64,000 bases of DNA, taken from NCBI GenBank assembly GCA_040220235.1, contig JAVJTO010000082.1; one strand, written 5' to 3'. Origin of the DNA: Coleofasciculus sp. B1-GNL1-01. Lineage in GTDB: Bacteria > Cyanobacteriota > Cyanobacteriia > Cyanobacteriales > Coleofasciculaceae. Every line of letters begins with the position of its first letter. Position 1 is the stretch's first letter. Of the stretch, positions 18,408 through 27,774 are shown piece after piece. The position numbers were made by a program, and so were the translations under genes. The notes under the pieces were generated by a model. That model made no database searches, was not told the DNA's origin, and saw only the letters and a program-made list of their open reading frames with translations.

Positions 18408-20137
18408 CATCTAATCCTAACCAAGCCCGTGCTAGGCGAGTTGCAGTTAAACGGGTTGAAGGGTTTGCCAAGCAATTTGGCGAAGCCCATCGAAACTTGG
18501 CGCGTCACGCCGCATTTCCCCTCTCACTCACCCCTGATTTGCTCTACCAAATTTGGGCAAACTTTGTCCCGGAAGCGCCTTGGGAAGCTGTAGCTCATCT
18601 GCTGCTGTCGCGCCTGTGTCGGCAGGTGGGGTATGAGATGTATGAAATGGATATAAGCGATCGAAATCTGTTATTGAGGGAATTAAAAGAGCAGTTTGGG
18701 CAAGAAAGATTAGACGAATTGGCTGAGTTTTTACTGGATTATGTAGCACAGCGACTGACTGATGATGATCCGGATACTCAGAGTTTAGCTGAGGCTCAGG
18801 AATGGACAGCGTTGGCGTATACTAAGCCGAATGAACTAGCGCGTGAATTGGCAGAGGCTTTGAGCGCAAGGGTGAAACAAGAGGATATGACAGAGGTGTT
18901 TCGTCTTACTTCGTTGGTAGAAACTTTTGCAGAGCCGTTGCTACAGGCAGGATTTGAACCATTATTAATTTACTCTCGCCAGATGAGCACTTTTGTTCGC
19001 GGTAATCATAAAGATGTAGAGGTTCAACTTGCCTTGTTAAAGCGAAAACCACATTACGTGCAGATTGCTGGAGTAAAATTACCTACTTTACGTCTCAATA
19101 CTCAGGATATAGTCTCCGAGCAGAATAAAGATGAACAACTACGTCAACTTATTACAGAAGTGCTTAAATATCCGACACAAAGTCTGGTGCGACGACAAGC
19201 AATGAATCAACTGCTCCGAACAATTCAAAAACTACCAGGATTAATGAAATCTTCGCACTTAGAGTATGAGTCTGCTCTACAGCAAACGTGGTTGAGCTTC
19301 ATCCAAAATATTGATAAATTTAATCTAAATAAACCTTCGCTTCACAAGGAATTAATACTATGGATAAATAACAATATTCGTCATGAAATTCTAAAATATA
19401 ATTTAGATGAATACAGAAAAAAACGAATGTCTGTTGCTGTTGATAATGTTGATGTTGCTGATTTTTTAATTGATTTTAATGATGGTTTAGAAGAAGTTGA
19501 AAGAATAAACAAACAGGATATTTCGCAAAAATTAAACTTATTTATGTCACATAGTTTTAGAAATATGCCAGAGGGATTGCAAAAAATTTACCAACTTAGT
19601 AAAGTTATTCAAATATTGCAAATAAATGATATTGACACGCCAGCTATATTTAAATTATCACGTCGTGAATATTCTATTAAACTTAAAGAATGCAAACGAT
19701 TATTATTGTTTAATTTAAACAAATGGAGTAGGACTAATTTAAACATTAATCTAGATTACAAAGACACAAATCAAGTTAATACTTTGGTCAATTATATAGA
19801 TGATTGGGTGATATCATATTGCCAGTCTTGTTTATATCAAACTTTACAAGATTTTCTACTTCATAAGTTAAGTCATGAAGCCCAATTCTTGCTCTCATAC
19901 TACAATCATAATTGTGACACACAAATACTAGCTCAATCTCTAAATATGTCAGAATCAGTAGTAAATCAAAAAATCACAATAGTTAAGCAAAAATTAAAAG
20001 AAAGGTTACAGGAATGGGTACAAGAAAATTTTGATATTTCTCTAGATTTATCAATAACCGTAGAAGAAAATATAGTTACATTTGTTGAAACATGGTTACA
20101 AGATATCTCAAACTGGAATAAGGATATTTGGTGCTAG
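18395..20137 (+). CDS. MoxR/vWA-system associated protein with an AT-rich, sigma-factor-like C-terminal region
   Basis: N-terminus F...FGEAH..LA.HAAFPL.LTPDLLY.IWANF.P.APW..VA.LLLS.LC..VG.E.YEM is typical of the last gene in cyanobacterial MoxR-vWA-iSTAND operons. The tail (DEQLRQLI.E...P..S..RR.A...L; YE.ALQQTW; two HTH-like ...L..W.....I.L...WL units) resembles cyanobacterial sigma-70-like proteins. Confidence 0.7.
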   Translation: MAAVTSNPNQARARRVAVKRVEGFAKQFGEAHRNLARHAAFPLSLTPDLLYQIWANFVPEAPWEAVAHLLLSRLCRQVGYEMYEMDISDRNLLLRELKEQFGQERLDELAEFLLDYVAQRLTDDDPDTQSLAEAQEWTALAYTKPNELARELAEALSARVKQEDMTEVFRLTSLVETFAEPLLQAGFEPLLIYSRQMSTFVRGNHKDVEVQLALLKRKPHYVQIAGVKLPTLRLNTQDIVSEQNKDEQLRQLITEVLKYPTQSLVRRQAMNQLLRTIQKLPGLMKSSHLEYESALQQTWLSFIQNIDKFNLNKPSLHKELILWINNNIRHEILKYNLDEYRKKRMSVAVDNVDVADFLIDFNDGLEEVERINKQDISQKLNLFMSHSFRNMPEGLQKIYQLSKVIQILQINDIDTPAIFKLSRREYSIKLKECKRLLLFNLNKWSRTNLNINLDYKDTNQVNTLVNYIDDWVISYCQSCLYQTLQDFLLHKLSHEAQFLLSYYNHNCDTQILAQSLNMSESVVNQKITIVKQKLKERLQEWVQENFDISLDLSITVEENIVTFVETWLQDISNWNKDIWC

Positions 20138-20155
20138 TAAATAGGAGATTGCTTT

Positions 20156-20485
20156 ATGGCAAGATTAAATTATCCCGAACTGGTGAAAACAATCCTTAAG
20201 ACGCACTTTGCCCAACTTCAAGATGACGTAACTGAAGTACAGTTAATTCTTGATAGAGAACGTAATCACTACTTATTAATGCTCGTGGGGTGGCACAACC
20301 AACGACGAGAGTATGGTAGCCTAATTCACATTGATATCAAGGATAACAAAATTTGGATTCAGAGTGATGGAACAGAAGTGGGAGTTGCCAACGAATTGGT
20401 TGAGGCTGGAGTGCCACATAAGGATATCGTATTGGCGTTTAAATCTCCCTTCAAGCGACAATTTACCGACTATGCCGTTTGTTAA
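20156..20485 (+). CDS. xisI: XisI-family protein
   Basis: D.ERNHYLL..VGW....R.YG..IHIDIK..KIWIQ.DGTE.GVA.ELVEAGVP..DIVLAF..P..R..T.YAV. Confidence 0.92.
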   Translation: MARLNYPELVKTILKTHFAQLQDDVTEVQLILDRERNHYLLMLVGWHNQRREYGSLIHIDIKDNKIWIQSDGTEVGVANELVEAGVPHKDIVLAFKSPFKRQFTDYAVC

Positions 20486-20524
20486 CTGCAATGATATAAT
20501 TTAGACAAACTTCAGGAGAAACTA

Positions 20525-20779
20525 ATGAAAGCCATTGAACTAACAGGAACCCTGGATGAAACAGGTCAATTATCACTCGATCATCCCATTGAAAATGTTG
20601 CCCCTAGTCGCGTGCGAATTATTGTACTGTTTCCCGATGTTACCGAAGAAGTCGAAACCGATCCCGATGATACTCCCCTTGAAGAAGTGAAAGCAAGTCT
20701 CAGGAGAGCTTTACAGGAAGCAAAAGCAGGACAACGCATACCCCTTTCTGAGATGTGGGAAGGAATCGATGTCGAATGA
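20525..20779 (+). CDS. Putative antitoxin
   Basis: MKAIE.TGT.DE.GQL.LD.P...ASLRRALQEAKAGQRIPLSEMWEGID; TGaTATAAT at 20492-20500; overlaps the toxin start. Confidence 0.7.
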   Translation: MKAIELTGTLDETGQLSLDHPIENVAPSRVRIIVLFPDVTEEVETDPDDTPLEEVKASLRRALQEAKAGQRIPLSEMWEGIDVE

Positions 20780-21132
20780 AACGCCTTTAGTCAAAATCGA
20801 TTTAACACCAGAGTACAAACGAAATCTGCGGAAATTGTCAAAAAAATATCGACAGATACGCTCGGATGTTCAGCCAATTATTGAACAACTCCAAGGGGGT
20901 AACTTTATTGGCGATCGCATCCCCGGAATGAGTGAAGAATATGTCATCTTAAAGTTAAGGATTAAAAATAGCAACATTCAAAAAGGAAAAAGCGCAGGTT
21001 ATAGACTGAATCTATCAAGTTGAGTCACCGACGAATGTACTTCTATTAACAATTTATTCTAAATCAGACCAAGAAGATATTAGTCCTAATGAAATTCGTA
21101 GTATCTTAGCTGAGTTCGATGGGGATGAATAA
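20769..21132 (+). pseudogene. RelE/HigB-like toxin with a +1 frameshift
   Basis: Removing one A at ~21009 restores KGKSAGYRLIYQVESPTNVLLLTIYSKSDQEDISPNEIRSILAEFDGDE* (stop 21130-21132). A sequencing error cannot be excluded. Confidence 0.85.
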
Positions 21133-21251
21133 AAGAGCGATCGCTCAGAGTCTTCCGGACATGATTATGGAGATTATTTTGTGGTAATTTATCATAGCTA
21201 GTCTAGAATAGCCCAAGCTTTTTACGAGAATCAGAAATGACTGAGTTTCAT

Positions 21252-21348
21252 TTACAGCAGTTTTCAAGTTAGTAGACTACAGACGATGATTGCGCTGAAA
21301 AGCAAGCCGATACAATTTTGTATTCCATAAACATGAAAAGCGCTGTAA
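21252..21348. repeat. MITE-like small inverted-repeat element
   Basis: ttacagcagttttca ... tgaaaagcgctgtaa, 15 bp with 2 mismatches. Confidence 0.55.
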
Positions 21349-21439
21349 GTCAACTGTAAATACGGCTCAAAGCATTGATGGCTAAGGGTTTCGGAGTTGT
21401 GCAGCAAGCTCTATTTCCGGAATGAGCAAGCGTGACATT

Positions 21440-23932
21440 CTATTTAAGATAAGCTACCGTTACCCCCGATCCACCTTCCGCTTGCTTTGCTAATTCAAAC
21501 CGATCAACCAGGGGATGGCGTTCTAAGAATTCATGTACCCCAGCCCTTAATTTTCCAGTTCCCTTACCATGAATAATCCACAATACCCCAGAGGCGATCG
21601 CTTGGGAAATGGCTTGTTCTAACTCGACTTCAGCATCAGCCACACGCGATCCGCGTAAATCAATTGTATTTTTCTCGGTGCGAATTGGGGGAGTTGGAGG
21701 GGATGAGACGGCGGGTGCAGGAGTAGATGCAGGTTTTGATTTGACAGGCATTTGCGCCTTTTCACCCTCTAGGGATTCGATATCTGCTAGGAATACCGTC
21801 ATTTTCATTAAGCCAAAGCGTACTCTGAGTTCCCCATCTTCATCCGCAGGCGTCAAGACTTCCGCCGTTTGATTTAGGCGAGGAATGCGGATGCGATCGC
21901 CTACTTTGGGTTGAAAGGCGGGTTTGGCTTTAGCAGGGGGTTTGGGGATGTGACGCTGCTCAATTTCCTTCAGCGCATTGGTGGCTTTTTGAGCATTTTG
22001 AGCGATTTGGGGTCCTTGCTGTAATTTGCGAATTACCTGGGCAATTTCTTCCCTGGCTTGGGCGATCGCATCTTGTACCGCCTGTTCTTGAGAGAGTTTC
22101 AATTCTCGTTCTCTCTCCTGCAAGAGTTTGGCTTTACTGGAGACTTCTTGATGCAAACGTTCGGTTTGTTGGAGGAGTTGATTCGCTTCTTGGGCTTTGG
22201 TTTCCTGATCCCGCCGTTGGGCTTCGAGTCCAGAAATCACCTGGTTTACCTCTTCGGAACTACTTCCGACTAAGGTTTGAGCAAGGGATACCACGTCTGA
22301 TTTTAATCCTAACCGTTGAGCAATAGTTAACGCATTAGATCGACCCGGTATTCCCCAGAGTAGGCGATAGGTGGGGGAAAGGGTGACATCATCAAACTCC
22401 ACCGAGGCGTTCTCAAATCGTTCATCTTGATATTTCAGCGCCTTGAGTTCGCCATAGTGCGTCGTGGCTACGGTAAGCTGGGCATGATCGGCAAGATATT
22501 TGAGGAGTGCGATCGCTAAAGCACTTCCTTCGGCTGGATCAGTTCCCGCACCAATTTCATCCAGTAAGACGAGGGCGGATGTAGGATGTGAAGTTTGAGA
22601 AATAAAGGATAAAGAATCTTGTTCTTTGTCCACTACATTATCTCCCTCATCTCCCTCATCTCCCTCATCTCCCTCATCTCCCTCATTCCCCGTTCCCAAT
22701 TCGTCTAAAATCCGACTAATCCGGCGAATATGACCGGAAAAGGTAGATAAACTCTGCTCTAAAGACTGTTCATCGCCAATATCTGCCAAAATTTGCTCAA
22801 ACCACGGCAGTTCTACGGGTTCCTTGGCGGGGACAAATAAACCCACTTTTGCCATGAGTGCGGCTAACCCCAATGTTTTTAAGGTAACGGTTTTACCCCC
22901 TGTATTCGGTCCCGTAATTGCCACGACTTTTATTTGGGGCTGAATCTGGATAGTAATCGGTACAACTGGCGCATCTTCTTCATGCTGATGTTGCCAGACT
23001 AACAGAGGATGTCGCAGTTGGCGTAGGGTAATCGATTCTCGTTGATTCGGATCAATGAAGCGCGGCGGATTTGCCTGTAACCAGAGGCTATATCGGGCTT
23101 TGGCTGTGGCTAAATCTAACCGAGTGGCGACGGCTAATACCTGTTCTAGATCCGGCTTAACGGCGGCGACTTGTTCGGTTAACACCCGGCGCACAGCTTC
23201 GGCTTCGGCTTGTTCTCGGCGTTTATAGGTTTTGAGTTGATTCCCTAATCCAACGATCGCATGGGGTTCGATGTACAGCGTAGCCCCTGTACTAGAAGCG
23301 TCATGAACGATACCCGAAACCGAGTCTTTTTGGGGGGCTTTCACCGGGAGAACAAAGCGATCGCCCCGTTGGGTGATTAAGGGTTGCTGGAGTGCGCCGC
23401 CTTGACGCTGTACAATGTTTTGGAGCGTTTGATAGATGCGATCGCGTAAGGATTTACTGTGCTGTCGAATTTCTGCTAGTTTCGGACTCGCGCGATCGGT
23501 GACATCGCCGCGTTCGTCGATACAACGGTGAATTTCTTGTTCTAATTCGGGATAGGTACGGATATCAGCCACGAGTTGGTTGAGAACCGGGATATCCTCT
23601 TGATCGTCGATGAGACGCCGTAAACGCCGGACACCTGCTAAAGTTGTTGCGATCGCCAGTAAGTCTTCCCCGGATAATATCCCTTGTCGTTCAGCGCGTT
23701 CTAGCGCATCACCAATATCCTGAATCCCCTCAAACGTCCAGCCATGGGTTAACTGACATTCCAGTTGATAGACTTCTTTTGTCTGCGCCAATAGATGCAG
23801 ACTTTCCGCCAAAGTAGCGGGAGGATGGAGATGGCGAGACGCGATCGCGCCTAGTTTGGTGGCGGCGAAGGTTGCCAGATGTTGACACAGGCGTTGCCAT
23901 TCGAGTAGTTCTAACGTTTCAGATTGAATCAA
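21440..23932 (-). CDS. mutS2: Endonuclease MutS2
   Basis: ITGPNTGGKT, QSLSTFSGH, LLDEIGAGTDP.EG, C-terminal Smr domain (IDLRG...IIHGKGTG.LR). Confidence 0.97.
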   Translation of the reverse strand: MIQSETLELLEWQRLCQHLATFAATKLGAIASRHLHPPATLAESLHLLAQTKEVYQLECQLTHGWTFEGIQDIGDALERAERQGILSGEDLLAIATTLAGVRRLRRLIDDQEDIPVLNQLVADIRTYPELEQEIHRCIDERGDVTDRASPKLAEIRQHSKSLRDRIYQTLQNIVQRQGGALQQPLITQRGDRFVLPVKAPQKDSVSGIVHDASSTGATLYIEPHAIVGLGNQLKTYKRREQAEAEAVRRVLTEQVAAVKPDLEQVLAVATRLDLATAKARYSLWLQANPPRFIDPNQRESITLRQLRHPLLVWQHQHEEDAPVVPITIQIQPQIKVVAITGPNTGGKTVTLKTLGLAALMAKVGLFVPAKEPVELPWFEQILADIGDEQSLEQSLSTFSGHIRRISRILDELGTGNEGDEGDEGDEGDEGDNVVDKEQDSLSFISQTSHPTSALVLLDEIGAGTDPAEGSALAIALLKYLADHAQLTVATTHYGELKALKYQDERFENASVEFDDVTLSPTYRLLWGIPGRSNALTIAQRLGLKSDVVSLAQTLVGSSSEEVNQVISGLEAQRRDQETKAQEANQLLQQTERLHQEVSSKAKLLQERERELKLSQEQAVQDAIAQAREEIAQVIRKLQQGPQIAQNAQKATNALKEIEQRHIPKPPAKAKPAFQPKVGDRIRIPRLNQTAEVLTPADEDGELRVRFGLMKMTVFLADIESLEGEKAQMPVKSKPASTPAPAVSSPPTPPIRTEKNTIDLRGSRVADAEVELEQAISQAIASGVLWIIHGKGTGKLRAGVHEFLERHPLVDRFELAKQAEGGSGVTVAYLK
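22640..22684. repeat. In-frame 9-bp tandem repeat (atctccctc)x5 inside mutS2
   Basis: Encodes (EGD)5. Confidence 0.9.
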
Positions 23933-24110
23933 AGCCCAATATTAAAGGTTACCCTTATGTTTATTATTAGACAATTTTCCAGCAGAGGCGAGTGAGCCTA
24001 ACCGTACTCTATCGGAGAAATCCTGTGGAGTTGTTCTCTGGTGGAAGGAAATAGTCGATCAGTTCTACCAAAAGGAGAAGTAATTTATATACACCCAGTC
24101 TACCCGTTAA

Positions 24111-24329
24111 CTATGCCGTCGCTTTCCTGGGGATAGATAGGGAGCTATTAATCACCCAGCCTTGTTCTTCCCAGGGTTCAAGCGGAGTGATGGAATAGTA
24201 GGATGTCATTTGCTCAAGCTGACGCAAATCCTCAACCTGTACGCCCTGAAAGAGTTTGTCTAAGGCGTCGCGATCAACTGAGGTTAGCGGAACTCTGGGG
24301 TATATACGAGTTTGTGTCTGTTTTGCCAT
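24111..24329 (-). CDS. Small hypothetical protein (paralog of 25448-25657)
   Basis: Shares PL...D..ALDK.F.G......Q.E...SYY...PL..WEE.GWV with the second ORF. Confidence 0.7.
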   Translation of the reverse strand: MAKQTQTRIYPRVPLTSVDRDALDKLFQGVQVEDLRQLEQMTSYYSITPLEPWEEQGWVINSSLSIPRKATA

Positions 24330-24523
24330 AGTTTAATCCTGAATCAATTTCTGCATGGGGATGCTTATTAACAAATATTACAGAAGCTTTACATAAATAC
24401 ATCCGCCATTTTACGGAGATTGTCTGCTCCGGGATTCTGACTAGAGAGGCATTCCATACGTTGTGTCTTTTGTCAATATTTTTATAAACTGTATAAAATT
24501 TAACTAAAAGGCTGTTTGAAGAT

Positions 24524-25314
24524 TTATTTTTCGGGTTTGTCACCTTGAATCAAAGCCTGAAACCGATTATCTCCTCGAAAATTATCAAAAGATGAATCAG
24601 TTTTTGCCATCTCTCGATACTCTTCAGGATTAAACTTAATGGCTTGTTTCAAGCTTTCAACGGCTAGGCAAATTCGATTGCTCGAACTAATCGTTCTTGT
24701 AGTGGCACATTTAACCGTTGGAATAGCTCATCAGCTTTTGGGGATTGCTCAATGCGCCCACCGTACATTTTGCTGTTTAAGTCGTCAATGAAAAACAGCA
24801 ATTTTTTATCCGTACCAATCTTATCCTCTGGAAATCTAGGGAGTGCATCCAGCCACTCACCACGCTTCAGGTGAAGAATTGTCCAGCCTTCAGTATTCAG
24901 TCTCTGTGCTAAATTTGCTGCTTCCCGCGTCTTACCGATTCCTGTCGGTGCGAGAATCAAAACCCAGCGCGATTCGTCCAGCTTTTGTTTCAATTCGTCG
25001 TGAATGCTACGCCCAGAAATTCGCTCCTGATATGGGATATTGTAATCAGCTAGCGGATCATTCGTATCACCACCAAGAATAGCTGGCAATACCTTACTTT
25101 GTGGTTTTATGACATCAAAAGGAAAAGTGTCAGGAAGAATTTGCCGCTGGCGACGTTGCTGGAGCATCCACCAGAATAAACGCACAGTTAGAGGTACAAT
25201 TCCAACGCCAAGGATGACGATGAAACTATCCTTGTTTTCACTGATTAATGTCAGACTGGTTTCCAGCAAGCCTTGCACCTGTTGTAGCCAAACGTAGAGA
25301 ACCTGGTTAATCAT
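24524..25314 (-). pseudogene. Internally deleted TM-P-loop ATPase-TPR gene
   Basis: The 5' part has a TM helix, Walker A APTGIGKT and Walker B LFFIDD, and stops at 24664. 24667-24524 in another frame reads LAVESLKQAIKFNPEEYREMAKTDSSFDNFRGDNRFQALIQGDKPEK*, a typical cyanobacterial TPR-protein C-terminal cap. Confidence 0.75.
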
Positions 25315-25447
25315 GGGAGGAGTCAAATAATTAAGAACCGCTCCTGAGCATCGCACTCTTTCCCACATTTTATCCGAGGAACTTTAAGTTGGCAGGCGTA
25401 CTGTTGCTGAGTTTAGCTCGATAAACTACACTCTACCTCAATGGTCT

Positions 25448-25657
25448 TTAAACGGTAGAGTTATTACAACCCGATAAGCAGCCACCGCGCACCCATCCTT
25501 TCTCTTCCCAACGATCTAAGGGTGCTACAGCATAGTAAGAACTAATCGTTTCTATTTGATTAACGAACTCACCATCTAATCCTGAAAATATTTTATCTAG
25601 CGCTGCTGTGTCTTTGTGATTCAATGGCATTTTTGAATTTCCCCGATCCCTTAGCAT
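25448..25657 (-). CDS. Small hypothetical protein (paralog of 24111-24329)
   Basis: See the paralog above. Confidence 0.7.
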   Translation of the reverse strand: MLRDRGNSKMPLNHKDTAALDKIFSGLDGEFVNQIETISSYYAVAPLDRWEEKGWVRGGCLSGCNNSTV

Positions 25658-25884
25658 GTTGATTACCCTGTATTTTCAATCTATCTTTATAGTTTATTAA
25701 CAAAATGCAATAGTGTTCCGTTTTTTCTATAGATATCTCTTATAAGTCCTATTGCCATCTCTAGCTCTGATCGGCAAATGGCATCACCTTGCTCCCCCAG
25801 CTTCCAGACGTGCCATGGCACGTCTCTACATTGCTTCCCCAGCTTCCCCCGCTCCTCTTTACCACAACACTTATTCAGCAAGCC

Positions 25885-27774
25885 CTATTTAATCTTCCCC
25901 CTAAGAAAATAAGTCGTCATCTTCCCTTTGCCTTTAACCTGAATAGTACCTCGTTCCTCAAACAGATAGTTATCCTGCAACTTTTTATACGTAAACTCAG
26001 TAACCTGAATTTTATCAGGAAGCCCTTGGGATTCCATGCGTGAGGCAATATTGACTGTATCTCCCCACAGATCATAACTAAACTTTTTAATACCAATGAC
26101 TCCAGCAACAACGGGTCCTGTGTTGATGCCAATCCGAATACTTAAGGTTTGATTATTCTGATCATTAAATTTGGTAATCACCCGTTGCATATCCAGTGCC
26201 ATATTCGCAATCGCTTCGGCATGATCGGGGCGAGGAGTGGGTAGTCCTCCCACCACCATATACGCATCACCAATTGTTTTAATTTTCTCTAACCCGTAGT
26301 AATCACTCAATTCATCAAAAGCAGAAAAAATCCGGTTGAGTAATTCAACAACTTGGGCGGGTGGAAAGCGAGCCGATAATTCGGTGAAGCCGACAATGTC
26401 GGCAAACAGAACCGTGACTTCTTCAAAGTTATCAGCAATTGTACTTTCGAGTTGTTTCAACCGTTGAGCAATGAGTTTGGGTAAGATATTGAGTAGCAGG
26501 CGTTCCGCTTGTTCTTGCTCATAGTGCAGGGCTTCTTGCCATGCTTTCCGCACCGTAATATCTTCTACTGTTCCTTCGTAATAAATAAAATTACCGTGGT
26601 TATCGCGAAAGGCTCGTGCCTTCTCTTCAATCCAAATCTTAGTGCCATCTTTTCGGTACACTTGTGATTCAAAATCTGAAACTGATCCATATTTTTCTAA
26701 GATGCGGACTAATTCATCATGACGGTTTGGCTGAACATAAAGCTGACGATTAAGATTAACTAATCTTTCACAAAGTTCCTCTGCTGAAGCATAACCATAA
26801 AGAGTCGCTAACGTGGTATTTGCCATTAAAAAACGCCCACTCGGAGTAATCTTAAAAATTCCTTCAACTGAATTGTCAAAACTACTCCGATATTTTTCTT
26901 CGCAGTTTTGCAGATTTTTGGTTAACTGTTTAGTTTTGACGATAAGCACAATGAATAAGGTTGCCGCTATCAAACCAGAAACGGCATAAAATAAAATTCG
27001 ATAAATTTGAGTTTTCCTTAAAAACACTTGATAAGAATGCTGATAAATGTCTAGGAGCTGTTCACTTTTTTGCTCCGTGGGCAATTCCAGAATTTGCAGC
27101 ACCAGACTATCCACCTGAGATTCATGGGTCACAATAATTTCGGCATAGATTAGGGCGGCATCGAGTTCAGAAAGACTCAGGGCAGAGGATGCTGTCAATA
27201 CATCGGCACGTTGCCGAATTGCTGCCATTTGTCTCTGGATTTTGAGAATTAATTCATCACTGGGAGATAGGGTATAAATTAAAACATCGTTCAACAGAGT
27301 ATTCAATTGATTGATTAACGCATCAGCGCTTGGTTCCGTTGCGGCTTGACTCGATAATTTTTGAATTGTATTTGGCAGGGATTTTAAAGATTGATTTAGA
27401 ATCGTTTCTTGTTCAATTACTTCTGCGATTAAATCCTGCTTGTTTTGAAAGAGGGAGCGATTCTGTTGTAAGGCTAACTTGATTTCTGGATAATACTCTC
27501 TATTAACAAAATCAGGTATATCTTCTAAGTTATGGTGTAAGTCACCAATCTGACTTAAATCATTAAGAATAGTTTCATGATTCTTGAACGAATCCTGTTG
27601 AGCCTGCAATATATCTGTATTTAAAGTTGCGTCAGTTTCCTGGAGCTGGTGTAAGTTTGACAGATACTGATGATGTTGACTAAAATTAATAGTCTGAGCT
27701 TTAATGAATAATATAACCCATAAAAAAGTTCCGCCTGCAGCAATTCCTATATTTCGCATAGCGGAGAACTTCAT
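25885..27774 (-). CDS. Class III adenylate cyclase with a DAHL-like extracellular sensor and PAS
   Basis: TM-helical sensor-TM, PAS/PAC, VLFADIVGFT, KIKTIGDAYM and YDLWGDTVNIASRMES; the Lys/Asp pair indicates ATP specificity. Confidence 0.92.
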   Translation of the reverse strand: MKFSAMRNIGIAAGGTFLWVILFIKAQTINFSQHHQYLSNLHQLQETDATLNTDILQAQQDSFKNHETILNDLSQIGDLHHNLEDIPDFVNREYYPEIKLALQQNRSLFQNKQDLIAEVIEQETILNQSLKSLPNTIQKLSSQAATEPSADALINQLNTLLNDVLIYTLSPSDELILKIQRQMAAIRQRADVLTASSALSLSELDAALIYAEIIVTHESQVDSLVLQILELPTEQKSEQLLDIYQHSYQVFLRKTQIYRILFYAVSGLIAATLFIVLIVKTKQLTKNLQNCEEKYRSSFDNSVEGIFKITPSGRFLMANTTLATLYGYASAEELCERLVNLNRQLYVQPNRHDELVRILEKYGSVSDFESQVYRKDGTKIWIEEKARAFRDNHGNFIYYEGTVEDITVRKAWQEALHYEQEQAERLLLNILPKLIAQRLKQLESTIADNFEEVTVLFADIVGFTELSARFPPAQVVELLNRIFSAFDELSDYYGLEKIKTIGDAYMVVGGLPTPRPDHAEAIANMALDMQRVITKFNDQNNQTLSIRIGINTGPVVAGVIGIKKFSYDLWGDTVNIASRMESQGLPDKIQVTEFTYKKLQDNYLFEERGTIQVKGKGKMTTYFLRGKIK

